Assembly (NCBI GenBank): GCA_003223415.1
Contig: QHUY01000028.1
Span: 1,270-65,269, forward strand
Source of the DNA: Gemmatimonadota bacterium
GTDB lineage: Bacteria > Gemmatimonadota > Gemmatimonadetes > Gemmatimonadales > GWC2-71-9
Direction of reading: 5' to 3'
Length of the DNA: 64,000 nt
This document shows positions 38,872 to 50,264 of the stretch, in pieces. The notes under the pieces are model-generated. The model did no database searches. It had not been told where the DNA came from and saw nothing but the letters and a program-made list of their open reading frames with translations. How positions within the stretch are numbered: the first letter of the stretch is position 1; every line of letters starts with the position of its first letter. The translations under genes were made by a program, and so were the position numbers.

Positions 38872-40662
38872 TCAGCTCCCGGTGGTACCGGTTGCGATCC
38901 CGTGCCAGATCTTGGCCGGTTTCGGCGCCGGGTTCGGCAGGGCGCCTACCGAGAAGGTGAACAGCTGGCGCTCGCGGACGTGCGTGGTGAGCGTCATCGG
39001 TTGCGCGCCGCGCAGCACTCCCAACGTCAGGGGAGCGCCGGCCTGCCCCTTGTAGCGGGCGCGGAACGCTCCGGCCCAGTCCTGATCCACCGTCACCGCG
39101 ATCTCGCCGACCTTGTTCAGCACGTCGCCCGGCTGCACCCCGGCCTCGGCGGCGGCACTGCCCGGACTGACGGTTTGCACGACGATCTGTCCCTGCGGGG
39201 ACACGCCGGTGGACACGCCCATGAACGGCGTCGTGGTGACTTGGCGCGCGAAGGCGATCCCCGCTTTCGCGAACACCGCGGCGTACGGAAGCGAGTCCCG
39301 CCCGTTGATGTAGCGCTGGTAGAAGCCGTCCACGTCGGGCATCCCCATTTCGCGCAGCACCGCGAGCAAGTCGGCCGTCCGGAAGCCTTTCCCTTGCTTG
39401 TAGTAGCGGGTGAACAGCGCCCGCATCACGTCGTCCAGACTGTGCGCGTTGTCGGTGGCGTCGCGGATCGAGATGTCGAGCAGCAACCCGGTGAGCGAGC
39501 CCTTCCAATAGTAGAACTGCGAGCTGTTCACGTAGACCTCGTTGATCCACGTCGCCACGCTGGCGTCCTCCTCGCTCCACGGCTCGAGCGTGGACTCGAC
39601 CTGCTCGATGTTCTGCTCCGTGTTGGCGAAAAACCGCTCCGGCGTCCACAGGCCCGCCCGCAGGTTCGTGACGTCGGCGTAATAGTCGGTCACACCCTCG
39701 GACCACCACAAGAGCGGCGCATACTGCTCGGCGTGGTAGTCGTAGGGCCACATCTCCGCGGGACGGATCCGTTTCACGTTCCAGAGATGGAAGAACTCAT
39801 GCGACAACAGCGGCAGCATGAAGTCGCCGAAGTTCCCGGCCTGGTCGGCAAACGCTCCCGCCGGCATGATGTCGTATTGTGAGGCGAGGTGTTCGAGCCC
39901 GCCCCCGAACCCGATGGGCTCGTGGATCACGTTGAAGAAGATCGTGTACACGTCGTAGGGCGGCCCACCCATCAGCTGATCCTGGATCCTGGCCATTTTC
40001 TCGACGCTCGCGCGCATGTTGCGGGCCACGGCCGGCGTGTAGTCGGCGGCCGGCCACACGGCGATGCGGATCCAGCGGCCCTCCACCTGGAGCGAGTCGA
40101 GGCTGTACTTGCCGACGAACGTCATCGCGTCGGCGAGCTCATCGTAGCTGGCCGCGGTGTACGTGCCACCCGCCGGCAGCGCCGGCCGCAGCGCGGTCGT
40201 CACCTGCCAGCCCGCCGGCAGCGCGAAGCGCACTTCGGCAGGGCGCGTGAGCTGCCCTTCCTCGTAGAGAAAAATGTTGGTGCCGAGGACTTCGCCGAAC
40301 TCGCCCGCAATGCGCGCCAGCGAGAGGTCGATCGTATCGGCCAAGTAGTCGAACTCGACCGTGACACGCTCGCTCTTTCCCGTCGCCACCCGCCAGGTGT
40401 CCTTGTCGAACCGGTCCCAGAAGAGCGACCGCCCGGCGGACGACTGCGCTCGGAAGTGGCGCACATACCGCGCGTAGTTCTGGATCTCATAGGCGCCGGG
40501 GCTCCACGCCGGTAGCGATAGGTAGAGCGTCTCCTTGGCGGCGGCCGGGAATGCCGCCTTCACATGAAAGAGACGCTCCTCCGGAGCCGGAACCGAGACT
40601 TCGTAACGGACGGTCTGACCTGCGAGCGGCGACGCGAGCAGCAGGGCGAGCAGGACGCGCAC
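38872..40662 (-). CDS. M61 family (glycyl aminopeptidase-like) metallopeptidase with C-terminal PDZ domain, secreted
   Basis: HEFFHLWN zinc motif and a PDZ-like region (GSAAAEAGVQPGDVLNKVG). The GTG start at 40662 lies 6 nt downstream of AAGGAG. Signal peptide VRVLLALLLASPLAGQ. Confidence 0.82.
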   Translation of the reverse strand: MRVLLALLLASPLAGQTVRYEVSVPAPEERLFHVKAAFPAAAKETLYLSLPAWSPGAYEIQNYARYVRHFRAQSSAGRSLFWDRFDKDTWRVATGKSERVTVEFDYLADTIDLSLARIAGEFGEVLGTNIFLYEEGQLTRPAEVRFALPAGWQVTTALRPALPAGGTYTAASYDELADAMTFVGKYSLDSLQVEGRWIRIAVWPAADYTPAVARNMRASVEKMARIQDQLMGGPPYDVYTIFFNVIHEPIGFGGGLEHLASQYDIMPAGAFADQAGNFGDFMLPLLSHEFFHLWNVKRIRPAEMWPYDYHAEQYAPLLWWSEGVTDYYADVTNLRAGLWTPERFFANTEQNIEQVESTLEPWSEEDASVATWINEVYVNSSQFYYWKGSLTGLLLDISIRDATDNAHSLDDVMRALFTRYYKQGKGFRTADLLAVLREMGMPDVDGFYQRYINGRDSLPYAAVFAKAGIAFARQVTTTPFMGVSTGVSPQGQIVVQTVSPGSAAAEAGVQPGDVLNKVGEIAVTVDQDWAGAFRARYKGQAGAPLTLGVLRGAQPMTLTTHVRERQLFTFSVGALPNPAPKPAKIWHGIATGTTGS

Positions 40663-40703
40663 AAAGGACTCCTTCGAGTCGGGAGTGCAATGGCAGCCGG
40701 AAG

Positions 40704-40737
40704 ATACACCGCGCAAAACAAGGCGGCCCAGACGGTT
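40704..40737 (-). terminator. Candidate rho-independent terminator downstream of the HU/IHF gene
   Basis: Minus-strand stem GGCCCGGAC/GTCTGGGCC (one G-U pair) with a 5-nt loop, then GCCTTGTTTTG. Confidence 0.5.
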
Positions 40738-40771
40738 AGTCCGGGCCGCAATCCGCAACGTTGGCGCGGCG

Positions 40772-41086
40772 TCAGGGCGAGACCTTCTCGCTCGCCTCCG
40801 CCACCATAGCTCGCAACTCCTTGCTGGGCTTGAAGACAGGTACAGGACGGGCCGCCACCTCGACGGGATCACCGGTGCGCGGATTACGCGCCATCCGGGT
40901 CTTGCGCTGGCGGATCTTGAACGTGCCAAACCCTCTGATTTCAATGTTATGCTGCTCGGACAGAGCCGCCTTCACCGCATCGAGGAACGAATCCACGACG
41001 CGGGCGCAGTCCTTCTTCGAAATGAGGGGACCGGCGGTGCGAGCGATTTGTGCGGTGACCTTTTCGACCAGATCGGCCTTCGTCAT
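40772..41086 (-). CDS. HU/IHF family DNA-binding protein (IHF-like)
   Basis: 104 aa. IRGFGTF...RNPRTGDPV...VPVFKPSKEL beta-arm signature. Confidence 0.85.
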   Translation of the reverse strand: MTKADLVEKVTAQIARTAGPLISKKDCARVVDSFLDAVKAALSEQHNIEIRGFGTFKIRQRKTRMARNPRTGDPVEVAARPVPVFKPSKELRAMVAEASEKVSP

Positions 41087-41142
41087 CCGTCCCCCCTGCA
41101 GGGCCCAGAGGAACCAAATCGGGGGCCAACATACGGGCTTAC

Positions 41143-42222
41143 CTATTGACTGTCAAGAGCTTGGAGGAACTGCCGGAAATGGCCCTGGGCATCGTGCGGC
41201 CCGGGAGAAGCCTCCGGGTGGTACTGGACGGCGAAAATCGGGTACTCGCGGTGTCGCACGCCTTCGACCGTGCCGTCATTGAGGTTAAGGTGGGTGACCT
41301 CGAGCGCGCTCGCGCCGGGAACGCCGCTGGTATCGCCCTGCACCGCGAATCCGTGGTTCTGTGACGTGATAAGTACTTGCCCCGTATCGAGATCCCGCAC
41401 CGGGTGGTTGCCGCCGCGATGACCGTAGGGGAGCTTCACGGTTTGCCCTCCCAGGGCGAGTCCGAGTAGCTGGTGGCCGAGGCAGATGCCGAAGATCGGC
41501 AGCCTGCCGTCGGCGAGCTCGCGAATCGTGTCGATCGCATAGCCGACGGCCGCCGGATCGCCCGGACCGTTGGAGAGGAACAGCCCGTCGGGTTTCAGGT
41601 CGCGCACGCGAGCGGTGGTAGTGCCGGCCGGGACGACTGTGACCCGGCAGTCGCTCCGGACGAAGAGCCGCAGGATGTTCCGCTTCATCCCGTAGTCGTA
41701 AGCGACAACGTGGTGCCGCGCGTCGGCCGGTCCCTCAGTGTATTCGGCGCCGATCGTGGCTGCGCTCGCCAGGTCGAGCCCGTCCATCGACGGTGAGCCG
41801 GCGAGCGCGGCGCGGACCTCCGTGGTGGGCTCCTCGCCGACCGCCACCACGCCGCGCATGGCGCCGCGCGAGCGGATGTGGCGAGTGAGCTGCCGGGTGT
41901 CCACGTCCGCAACGATCGGCACCCGCGCCTCCGCGAGCCAGTCGAGCAGGCTGCCGGTCGCGCGCCAGTTCGAGGAGTGCGCGGACAGCTCGCGCACCAC
42001 GACGCCCGCGACGCGGGGCCGGTCGGACTCGATATCCTCAGGGTTGATCCCGTAGTTGCCGATCATCGGCGCCGTCATCACCACGAGCTGGCCGAGGTAG
42101 GAGGGGTCGGTGAAGACTTCCTGGTAGCCGCTCAGATTCGTGGTGAAGACGACTTCGGCGTACGCGGGTTCGAAGCGGAGAGGCGCGGTTCCGCGGAACC
42201 AGGCGTCGTCCTCCAGGAGCAC
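41143..42222 (-). CDS. carA: Carbamoyl-phosphate synthase small (glutaminase) subunit
   Basis: VVFTTNLSGYQEVFTDPSY, GICLGHQLL (active-site Cys) and QYHPEASPGPHD. I chose the GTG at 42222 (MLLEDDAWFRG). The ATG at 42309 would add an Arg-rich extension overlapping secG. Confidence 0.85.
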   Translation of the reverse strand: MLLEDDAWFRGTAPLRFEPAYAEVVFTTNLSGYQEVFTDPSYLGQLVVMTAPMIGNYGINPEDIESDRPRVAGVVVRELSAHSSNWRATGSLLDWLAEARVPIVADVDTRQLTRHIRSRGAMRGVVAVGEEPTTEVRAALAGSPSMDGLDLASAATIGAEYTEGPADARHHVVAYDYGMKRNILRLFVRSDCRVTVVPAGTTTARVRDLKPDGLFLSNGPGDPAAVGYAIDTIRELADGRLPIFGICLGHQLLGLALGGQTVKLPYGHRGGNHPVRDLDTGQVLITSQNHGFAVQGDTSGVPGASALEVTHLNLNDGTVEGVRHREYPIFAVQYHPEASPGPHDAQGHFRQFLQALDSQ

Positions 42223-42238
42223 GTAGGCCGGGTGCGGG

Positions 42239-42595
42239 TCAGCGATTGGATGGCCTCTTGGTTTGCGGTTGCGGCGCCGGCGTGGAGCTCTGGATCGGGA
42301 GCGGGGCACTCTGCACCGGCGCCGGCGGCGGCGTGGCCCCCTCGAGGACGGACCGTGGCGTGCCGGAATGGGCGGACATCACTGCGAGGATGAGTGCGAG
42401 GAACAGGAAGATGCCCGCGGTCCACCAGGTGATCTTATGGAGCAGCGTCGTCGCCTGGCGGCCGCCCATGAACATCTCGGTGCCGGAGCCGCCGCCGAGC
42501 GACGCCAGCCCGCCGCCCTGCCCCGCCTGCAGCAGCACCGCGATGGTCAGGATCAGCGCATCAAGCAGCAGGACGAACTTCAAGAGGGTGAACAT
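42239..42595 (-). CDS. secG: Preprotein translocase subunit SecG
   Basis: MFTLLKFVLLLDALILTIAVLLQAGQGGGLASLGGG signature. 118 aa. Confidence 0.85.
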   Translation of the reverse strand: MFTLLKFVLLLDALILTIAVLLQAGQGGGLASLGGGSGTEMFMGGRQATTLLHKITWWTAGIFLFLALILAVMSAHSGTPRSVLEGATPPPAPVQSAPLPIQSSTPAPQPQTKRPSNR

Positions 42596-42611
42596 GCCGC
42601 GAGGAAAATAC

Positions 42612-44495
<1,884 letters not shown>

Positions 44496-44499
<4 letters not shown>

Positions 44500-45506
44500 C
44501 GGCGCGAGGCGATGTACGCAAGCAGGTCGACGCAGCGCGCCGAATAGCCCATCTCGTTGTCGTACCAGGACGAGACGTGCACGAAGGTGCCGTCGATCAC
44601 CGCTGTGGACATCGCGTCCACGACGCTCGAATACAGACTGCCGATGTAGTCCACGGAGACGAGGGGCTCGTCACTGACGTCGAGAATGCCCTTCAGGGGG
44701 CCCTGCGCGGCCTGCTTGAACGCGGCGTTGACCTCGACGACCGTCGTCGGCTTCTGCACTTGGGCCGTGAGCTCGACGATCGAGACGTCCGGGGTCGGCA
44801 CGCGCAGGGAGATGCCGTCGATTTTCCCTTTCACCTCGGGGATCACGAGGCTCGTCGCCTTGGCGGCGCCGGTGGTGGTCGGGATGATGCTCAGGGCCGC
44901 CGCGCGGGCGCGCCGCAGGTCGCGATGCGGCAGGTCGAGGATCTGCTGGTCGTTCGTGTAGCTGTGCACCGTGGTCATGTACCCGTGCACGAACCCCCAA
45001 TTGTCCAGCACGACCTTCACGACGGGCACGAGGCAGTTCGTCGTGCACGAGGCGTTCGAGATCACATGGTGCTTGCTGGGGTCGTACTTCTGGTGATTCA
45101 CCCCCAGGACGATCGTGATGTCCTCACCTTTGGCAGGCGCGGAGATCACGACCTTTCTGGCGCCGGCGGCGAGGTGCTTGGCCGCAGCATCGCGGTCGGT
45201 GAAGCGGCCCGTGCTCTCCAATACGAGCTCTACGCCGAGGTCCTGCCACGGAAGGTGCTCGGGCTCCTTGATCGCGGAGACCGTGATCGCCCTGCCGTTC
45301 ACGACCAGGGCGTCGCCCTTGGCTTCGACGGCGCCCGGGAAGCGACCGTGCACCGAGTCGTACTTCAGCAAGTGGGCCAACGTCTTGGTGTCGGTGATGT
45401 CGTTGACGGCCACGAACTCGAGCGCGGTCTGTTTGTTCAGGACAGCGGCGCGCAGCACGTTTCGCCCGATGCGGCCGAACCCGTTGATCCCCACACGCAC
45501 TGCCAT
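44496..45506 (-). CDS. gap: Glyceraldehyde-3-phosphate dehydrogenase
   Basis: [19 protein letters not shown] and WYDNEMGYS. 336 aa. Confidence 0.95.
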
Positions 45507-45517
45507 CGCAATGGCTC

Positions 45518-46273
45518 CTAGGTGAAATCCGGAATGACGGCGCGGCCGAACGTCACGGCGGTGATGATCGCACCGGTGCCAGCCGCGGCCAGAGTCCGCG
45601 CCGCCTCGCTGAGCGTCGCCCCGGTGGTGAAGACGTCGTCGACCAAAACCAGTGTGGAGTGCGGCATGCGGGGTGCGGAGTCTTCGGGGGCGCGCTCATT
45701 CCGCATTCCACCCTCCGCATTCGGCACTTGAAACGCCCCCGCCACATTCGCCAGACGCGCGGCCGGTGTCAACGCCGTTTGCGAGACAGTGTCCCGGCAT
45801 CGCACGAGGAGATCGGCCCGCACGGAGAGACGCCACCGGCGCCCCAGCGACCGGGCGAGCCGCTCGCTCTGATTGTAGCCCCGCTCCTTCAGCCGTCGGG
45901 GGCCGAGGGGGACGGGCACCAGCACCGCCGGCGGCACGGGGCGCGGCAGGTGGCGGACCATCGCGTCGGCGAGGTCGTCGGCGCTGCGCGGCAGGCCGCC
46001 GTACTTGAGCGCGTGGACCACCTCGCGCGCGCCGGCGTCCAGCCACACCGCCGAGCGCACGGTGGCGAGCGCGCCCGGCCAGTCGCGGCACAGGCGACAC
46101 AGGCCGAAATGCGGCTCCGGCTGGCCGCACCGCTCGCACCAGGGCGGTCGCACCGCACGCCAGCGGGAACGGCAGGCAGGACACACCACTGCGTCGGCTT
46201 GCGCCCACAGCAGCAGTCCCCGACAGCGCAAGCACTCGGCGGGGAGGAGGAGCTGCTCGAGCGCGCTAGGCAC
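45518..46273 (-). CDS. ComF family protein (phosphoribosyltransferase domain with N-terminal Cys-rich zinc ribbon)
   Basis: CLRC...CPAC...CERCG...CRLC N-terminus. RGYNQSE and [17 protein letters not shown] motif. It contains the family A repeat in frame. Confidence 0.8.
   Translation of the reverse strand: MPSALEQLLLPAECLRCRGLLLWAQADAVVCPACRSRWRAVRPPWCERCGQPEPHFGLCRLCRDWPGALATVRSAVWLDAGAREVVHALKYGGLPRSADDLADAMVRHLPRPVPPAVLVPVPLGPRRLKERGYNQSERLARSLGRRWRLSVRADLLVRCRDTVSQTALTPAARLANVAGAFQVPNAEGGMRNERAPEDSAPRMPHSTLVLVDDVFTTGATLSEAARTLAAAGTGAIITAVTFGRAVIPDFT
45657..45728. repeat. Mirrored heptamer element, family A (short-spacer copy), inside the comF-like CDS
   Basis: The left arm reads GTGCGGC ATGCGGG GTGCGGA. 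The right arm reads TCCGCAT TCCACCC TCCGCAT TCGGCAC. The element is about 72 nt. Confidence 0.75.
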
Positions 46274-47111
46274 GGAGCGCGCGGGCGACGGCCGCGCGCA
46301 TCACGTCCAGGGGAGGCACTTCGCCCGGGAAGAAGCGCGTGAACGCGGCCGCCCCCTGGTGCACCAGCAGCTCGCGCCCGTCGCACGCCGTGATCCCCGC
46401 GGCGCGCAGCGCGCGGACCCAGGGCGTCTCCCCGGGGGCGTAGACGAGGTCCAGCGCGGCCCGGGTGCCGTTCAGATGCGTCGGTAGGATCGGCAAGGCG
46501 TCGGTTTCCTTGAGCCCGAGGGGCGTGGTGTTGATCACGATGTCGCACGGCTCCGTTGCCGCCGCGACACGCGCGGCGACCTTGCGGGAGGCGGCCCAGT
46601 CGACGAACGCCCGGGCGCGGCCCGGCTCGCGCGAGCGCACCAGCACCAGCGCCCGGACGTCGGCGGCGGCGATCGCGACGGCCCGAGCGGACCCACCCGT
46701 GCCGAGCACCAGCCACCGCTCGGCTCCGTCGACCCCCTCCCCCCCGCCCCCCCCCCCGACCAGGGTGTGCAGGGCGGCGCGCACGCCCGGCACGTCCGTG
46801 TTGTCGCCGACCAGCGCGCCGTGCTCGGTCCAGAACGTATTGCACGCCCCCACGCGCTCGCACAGATCCGTTTTCCGCGCGACGTACCGTTCCGTCGCTT
46901 CTTTGTGCGGCACGGTTACGTTGCCGGCCGCCTCCACGGCGGCGAGCGCCTGCAGCACGGTCGGCAAGGCCGTGGCCGAGGTGCGCAGCGCGACGAAAGC
47001 GGCATCCAGGCCCAGGGCGCGGATGGCGGCGTTGTGCATGCAAGGCGAGAGGGAATGAGCGACGGGGTCGCCGAGGACGGCGAGGAGCCGGGTACTAGCG
47101 CCGATCTCCAT
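46266..47111 (-). CDS. aroE: Shikimate dehydrogenase
   Basis: SLSPCMHNAA, NVTVPHK, GDNTD and LGTGGSARAV. It contains the in-frame G-tract GGGGGGEG. Confidence 0.88.
   Translation of the reverse strand: MEIGASTRLLAVLGDPVAHSLSPCMHNAAIRALGLDAAFVALRTSATALPTVLQALAAVEAAGNVTVPHKEATERYVARKTDLCERVGACNTFWTEHGALVGDNTDVPGVRAALHTLVGGGGGGEGVDGAERWLVLGTGGSARAVAIAAADVRALVLVRSREPGRARAFVDWAASRKVAARVAAATEPCDIVINTTPLGLKETDALPILPTHLNGTRAALDLVYAPGETPWVRALRAAGITACDGRELLVHQGAAAFTRFFPGEVPPLDVMRAAVARALRA
46733..46757. repeat. G-rich tract in aroE (coding strand G11-C-G7-A-G5)
   Basis: The plus strand reads C5 T C7 G C11, counted directly. It shares GTC-G11-C-G7 with the tpiA tract. Confidence 0.9.
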
Positions 47112-47574
47112 GCTGTCCCTCCTTCGCGAGGCGCTCGACCACGGCGGTGACCAGGGCCTCCAGCTCGGCGCAGGTGTCGCGGTAGACGTCGAGGTCGCCG
47201 CCGAAGGGGTCGCTTACCTCGGCCTCGTCGCCCTCACGCCCCCCGTACTCGCCGAGCACGAACACCCGCCCTTCCCCGCCCAGCTCGTCCACCCGCGCGC
47301 GGTGGTGGCGGGCCATGGTGAGGATCAGGTCGGCCTCCTCCACCAGCTCACGCGTGAGCAAGCGCGCGCGGTGTCCCGAGAGGTCGAGGCCGCGCTCCAG
47401 GCCCACCAGATAGGCTCCCTCGGAGGCGGGCGCGCCGTCCCACGCCCCGGTACCGGCCGAGGTGACGCTCACGCCTGCCACGCTGCGTTCCTCGAGCGCG
47501 CGGCGCAGGAGGGCTTCGGCCAGCGGGCTGCGGCAGATGTTGCCGGTGCAGACGAGCAGAATTCTCTTGATCAT
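47095..47574 (-). CDS. Low-molecular-weight protein tyrosine/arginine phosphatase
   Basis: P-loop VCTGNICRSP. 159 aa. Confidence 0.88.
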   Translation of the reverse strand: MIKRILLVCTGNICRSPLAEALLRRALEERSVAGVSVTSAGTGAWDGAPASEGAYLVGLERGLDLSGHRARLLTRELVEEADLILTMARHHRARVDELGGEGRVFVLGEYGGREGDEAEVSDPFGGDLDVYRDTCAELEALVTAVVERLAKEGQHGDRR

Positions 47575-47579
47575 GCGGG

Positions 47580-48233
47580 TCAGGGCGCGCGAATCCCGGC
47601 CGCGCGGCGCAGCTCGCTGACCGGTAGCGCGCCGGCCCGCACGACACGCGGGGTGGGACTGGTGCAGTCAACCACCGTGGAGGGGGGGCGGTTCCCCAGC
47701 ACCCCGCCGTCGAGCACCAGCAACTGGCCGGCGGTGATCGCGGCGGCGAAGTCGCGCGCGACGGCGTCGGCCCCGGGCGCCGGCGGCGCGCCCGGCAGGT
47801 TGGCGGACGTCGAGGTCAACGGCTCGCCCAGCACGGCGACGAGCCGGGCGGTGTGCGGGTGCGACGTCCAGCGCACCGCGATGCCTCCCTCCGGGCCGCG
47901 CAGCGAATCCGGCAGCCGCCCGCCGCCGCCGGGCAGCACCAGGGTGAGCGGGCCCGGCCAAAACGCGCGCGCCAGCGCGCTCGCGGACTCGTTGAAGGCG
48001 AGCCCCTGCGCCTCGGCCATCTCGCGACTCGCGACGAGCAGCAGAAACGGCTTGTCGGGCCGGCGGCCCTTGAGCTCCGCCAGCGCGCGCACCTCGCCGG
48101 CGCGCGGTCGGGAGCCAAGACCGTAGACGGTCTCGGTGGGATAGGCGAGCAGTCCGCCGCCGCGTAGGTGCGCCACGACGCGCCCCAGCGCGGCCTCCGC
48201 CTCCGCCGCGGTGCGAAACGGAATCGACGTCAC
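47580..48233 (-). CDS. tsaC: L-threonylcarbamoyladenylate synthase (TsaC/YrdC/Sua5 family)
   Basis: YPTETVYGLG, KGRRPDKPF and STSANLPG. 217 aa. Confidence 0.85.
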   Translation of the reverse strand: MTSIPFRTAAEAEAALGRVVAHLRGGGLLAYPTETVYGLGSRPRAGEVRALAELKGRRPDKPFLLLVASREMAEAQGLAFNESASALARAFWPGPLTLVLPGGGGRLPDSLRGPEGGIAVRWTSHPHTARLVAVLGEPLTSTSANLPGAPPAPGADAVARDFAAAITAGQLLVLDGGVLGNRPPSTVVDCTSPTPRVVRAGALPVSELRRAAGIRAP

Positions 48234-48934
48234 CGCAGCTCACGCGCCAGCGCCTCGGCGACCCGGAAATCGTCGGGGGTCGTGATCTTGAGGTTGTGCG
48301 GCAGGTCCGCCACGACTTCCACCGGATAGCCGGCGCGCTCGCACAGCTCGGCGTCGTCCGTCGCCGCGTCGCCGTTCTTCTTCTTGCCGTACACCTCGTC
48401 CAGCCAGGCGCGGGGGAATCCCTGCGGCGTCTGGGCGCGCCACAGGCGCTCGCGGGTGACCGTGCGTGCGATGCGAGTGCCGCCGGTCGTTTCTTTGACG
48501 GTGTCGCTCATCGGCAGCGCCGCCACCGCGCCGACGCCGGCGCGCGCGCGCGCGATTACCGCGTCGACCGTCGTGCGGCTCACGAACGGCCGCGCGCCGT
48601 CGTGCACCAGCACCACCGGGAGCCCCGGCCGCAGGGCCCGCAGGGCCGCGCGGACGGACTCCGGGCGAGTGGCGCCGCCGGCCACCAGGGTGAGCCGCTC
48701 CCCCACCAGCTTGCCGAGCCACTCGGGGGGCCGCTCCGCGAGGCCCTTCGGCAGGGCCACGACCACGTGCTCCACATCGGGATGAGAGCTGAAGGGCCGC
48801 AGCGCCCGCAGGAGCATCGGGACGCCGAGGATGGAGCGGAACTGCTTGGGCTCCCCCGGGCCGGCTCGGAGGCCTGCCCCGGCGGCTACGATGACGACGC
48901 CGACGTCAGGCGGCGAGACGACGGGCGAGCTCAC
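48230..48934 (-). CDS. ispD: 2-C-methyl-D-erythritol 4-phosphate cytidylyltransferase
   Basis: VIVAAGAGLRAG..PKQF N-terminal motif. 234 aa. Confidence 0.85.
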   Translation of the reverse strand: MSSPVVSPPDVGVVIVAAGAGLRAGPGEPKQFRSILGVPMLLRALRPFSSHPDVEHVVVALPKGLAERPPEWLGKLVGERLTLVAGGATRPESVRAALRALRPGLPVVLVHDGARPFVSRTTVDAVIARARAGVGAVAALPMSDTVKETTGGTRIARTVTRERLWRAQTPQGFPRAWLDEVYGKKKNGDAATDDAELCERAGYPVEVVADLPHNLKITTPDDFRVAEALARELR

Positions 48935-50264
48935 CGATGCCTTCCAGCCCCACGACGTCCAGACCCGCTGGAGTGACGCGAGAGCGGGCGGAGCAGAACA
49001 CCCGGCGGAATCCTTGGCGCGCCGCCTCGACGAGCCGGCGCTCGACGCCGGCCACGGGCCGGATCTCGCCCCCCAGGCCTACCTCGCCGAGGAACAGTGC
49101 GTCGGGGGGAGTCGGGCGGTCGTGGATGCTGGAGACCAGGGCCGCCGTGACGGCGAGGTCGGTCGAGGGCTCCAGCAATCGCACCCCGCCCGTGACGTTC
49201 ACGAATACGTCCAAATCGCCGACCGGCAACCCCCCGCGCCGCTCCAGCACGGCCAACAGCACGGCGAGCCGCCGGTGGTCGAGGCCGGTCGCCACGCGCT
49301 GCGGGGTGCCGAAGCCCGCCTTGGAGGCGAGCGCCTGGATCTCGACGAGCATCGGGCGCGTCCCTTCCATGAGGGCGGTCACGGCCGAGCCGGAGACGCC
49401 CGTGTGACGGCCGGCGAGGAACGCTGCGGCCGGGTTCGCCACCGGCGCGAGGCCGGCCCCGGTCATCTCGAAGACGCCGATCTCATCGACCGAGCCGAAG
49501 CGATTCTTGACGGCGCGCAGAATCCGATGGTCGAGGGTTGCCTCGCCCTCGAAGTAGAGCACCGTGTCCACGATGTGCTCGAGCGTGCGGGGGCCGGCGA
49601 TGCCCCCGCCCTTGGTGACGTGGCCGACGAGCAGCACCGCAGGCCCCGCATCCTTGGCGAAGCGCATCAGCCGGGCGGCGCACTCGCGGACCTGGCCGAC
49701 GTTGCCCGGGGCGCCCTCCAGCTCGTCGGTATAGGTGGTCTGAATCGAGTCCACGACGACGACGCGCGCGGCGAGGGCCGCGGCGTGGTGCACGATGGCC
49801 TCGAGCCGGGTCTCGCCGAGGACACGGACAGCGCCGGCGTCGTCGCCGAGGCGGTCGGCGCGCAGGCGGATCTGCTCGGGGGATTCCTCGCCGGAGACGT
49901 ACAGCGTCGCCACGCCGGCCTGCTCGAGGCGCGCCGCGCACTGCAGCAGCAGGGTCGATTTGCCGATCCCGGGCTCGCCCCCCACCAGGACGATGGAGCC
50001 CGGCACGATCCCGCCGCCGAGCACGAAGTCGAATTCGGCGAGGCCCGTGCGCCACCGCGCCGCCGCCGCGCCACCGACGTCGGCCAGTCGCACGGGCGGA
50101 CGGGCCGACGGTAGCGGCCCCGTCCTGGCCGCCCGAGCGCCCGGCCGCCCGACCGCCTCTTCCAAGAGCGTGTTCCAGGCGCCGCACGCATCGCAGCGGC
50201 CCGCCCACTTGGGCTGCTCGGCGCCGCATTCGGTGCAGCGGAACACCGACCGCGCTCTAGCCAT
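48906..50264 (-). CDS. radA: DNA repair protein RadA/Sms
   Basis: Zinc finger CTECGAE..CDACGAWNT, Walker A GGEPGIGKSTLLLQ, KNRFG, and a Lon-like C-terminus. 452 aa. Confidence 0.93.
   Translation of the reverse strand: MARARSVFRCTECGAEQPKWAGRCDACGAWNTLLEEAVGRPGARAARTGPLPSARPPVRLADVGGAAAARWRTGLAEFDFVLGGGIVPGSIVLVGGEPGIGKSTLLLQCAARLEQAGVATLYVSGEESPEQIRLRADRLGDDAGAVRVLGETRLEAIVHHAAALAARVVVVDSIQTTYTDELEGAPGNVGQVRECAARLMRFAKDAGPAVLLVGHVTKGGGIAGPRTLEHIVDTVLYFEGEATLDHRILRAVKNRFGSVDEIGVFEMTGAGLAPVANPAAAFLAGRHTGVSGSAVTALMEGTRPMLVEIQALASKAGFGTPQRVATGLDHRRLAVLLAVLERRGGLPVGDLDVFVNVTGGVRLLEPSTDLAVTAALVSSIHDRPTPPDALFLGEVGLGGEIRPVAGVERRLVEAARQGFRRVFCSARSRVTPAGLDVVGLEGIGELARRLAA

Noticed and set aside
40663-40944. 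An upstream extension of the M61 peptidase ORF (start at 40944).
   Set aside because: The extension overlaps the HU/IHF gene out of frame and is Arg/Ser-rich. The GTG at 40662 has an AAGGAG RBS and is followed by a signal peptide.
42222-42309. An ATG at 42309 as the carA start.
   Set aside because: It would add a 29-residue Arg-rich extension overlapping secG by 70 nt. CarA proteins normally begin a few residues before the (L)VLEDG-like motif, which fits the GTG at 42222. This call remains uncertain.
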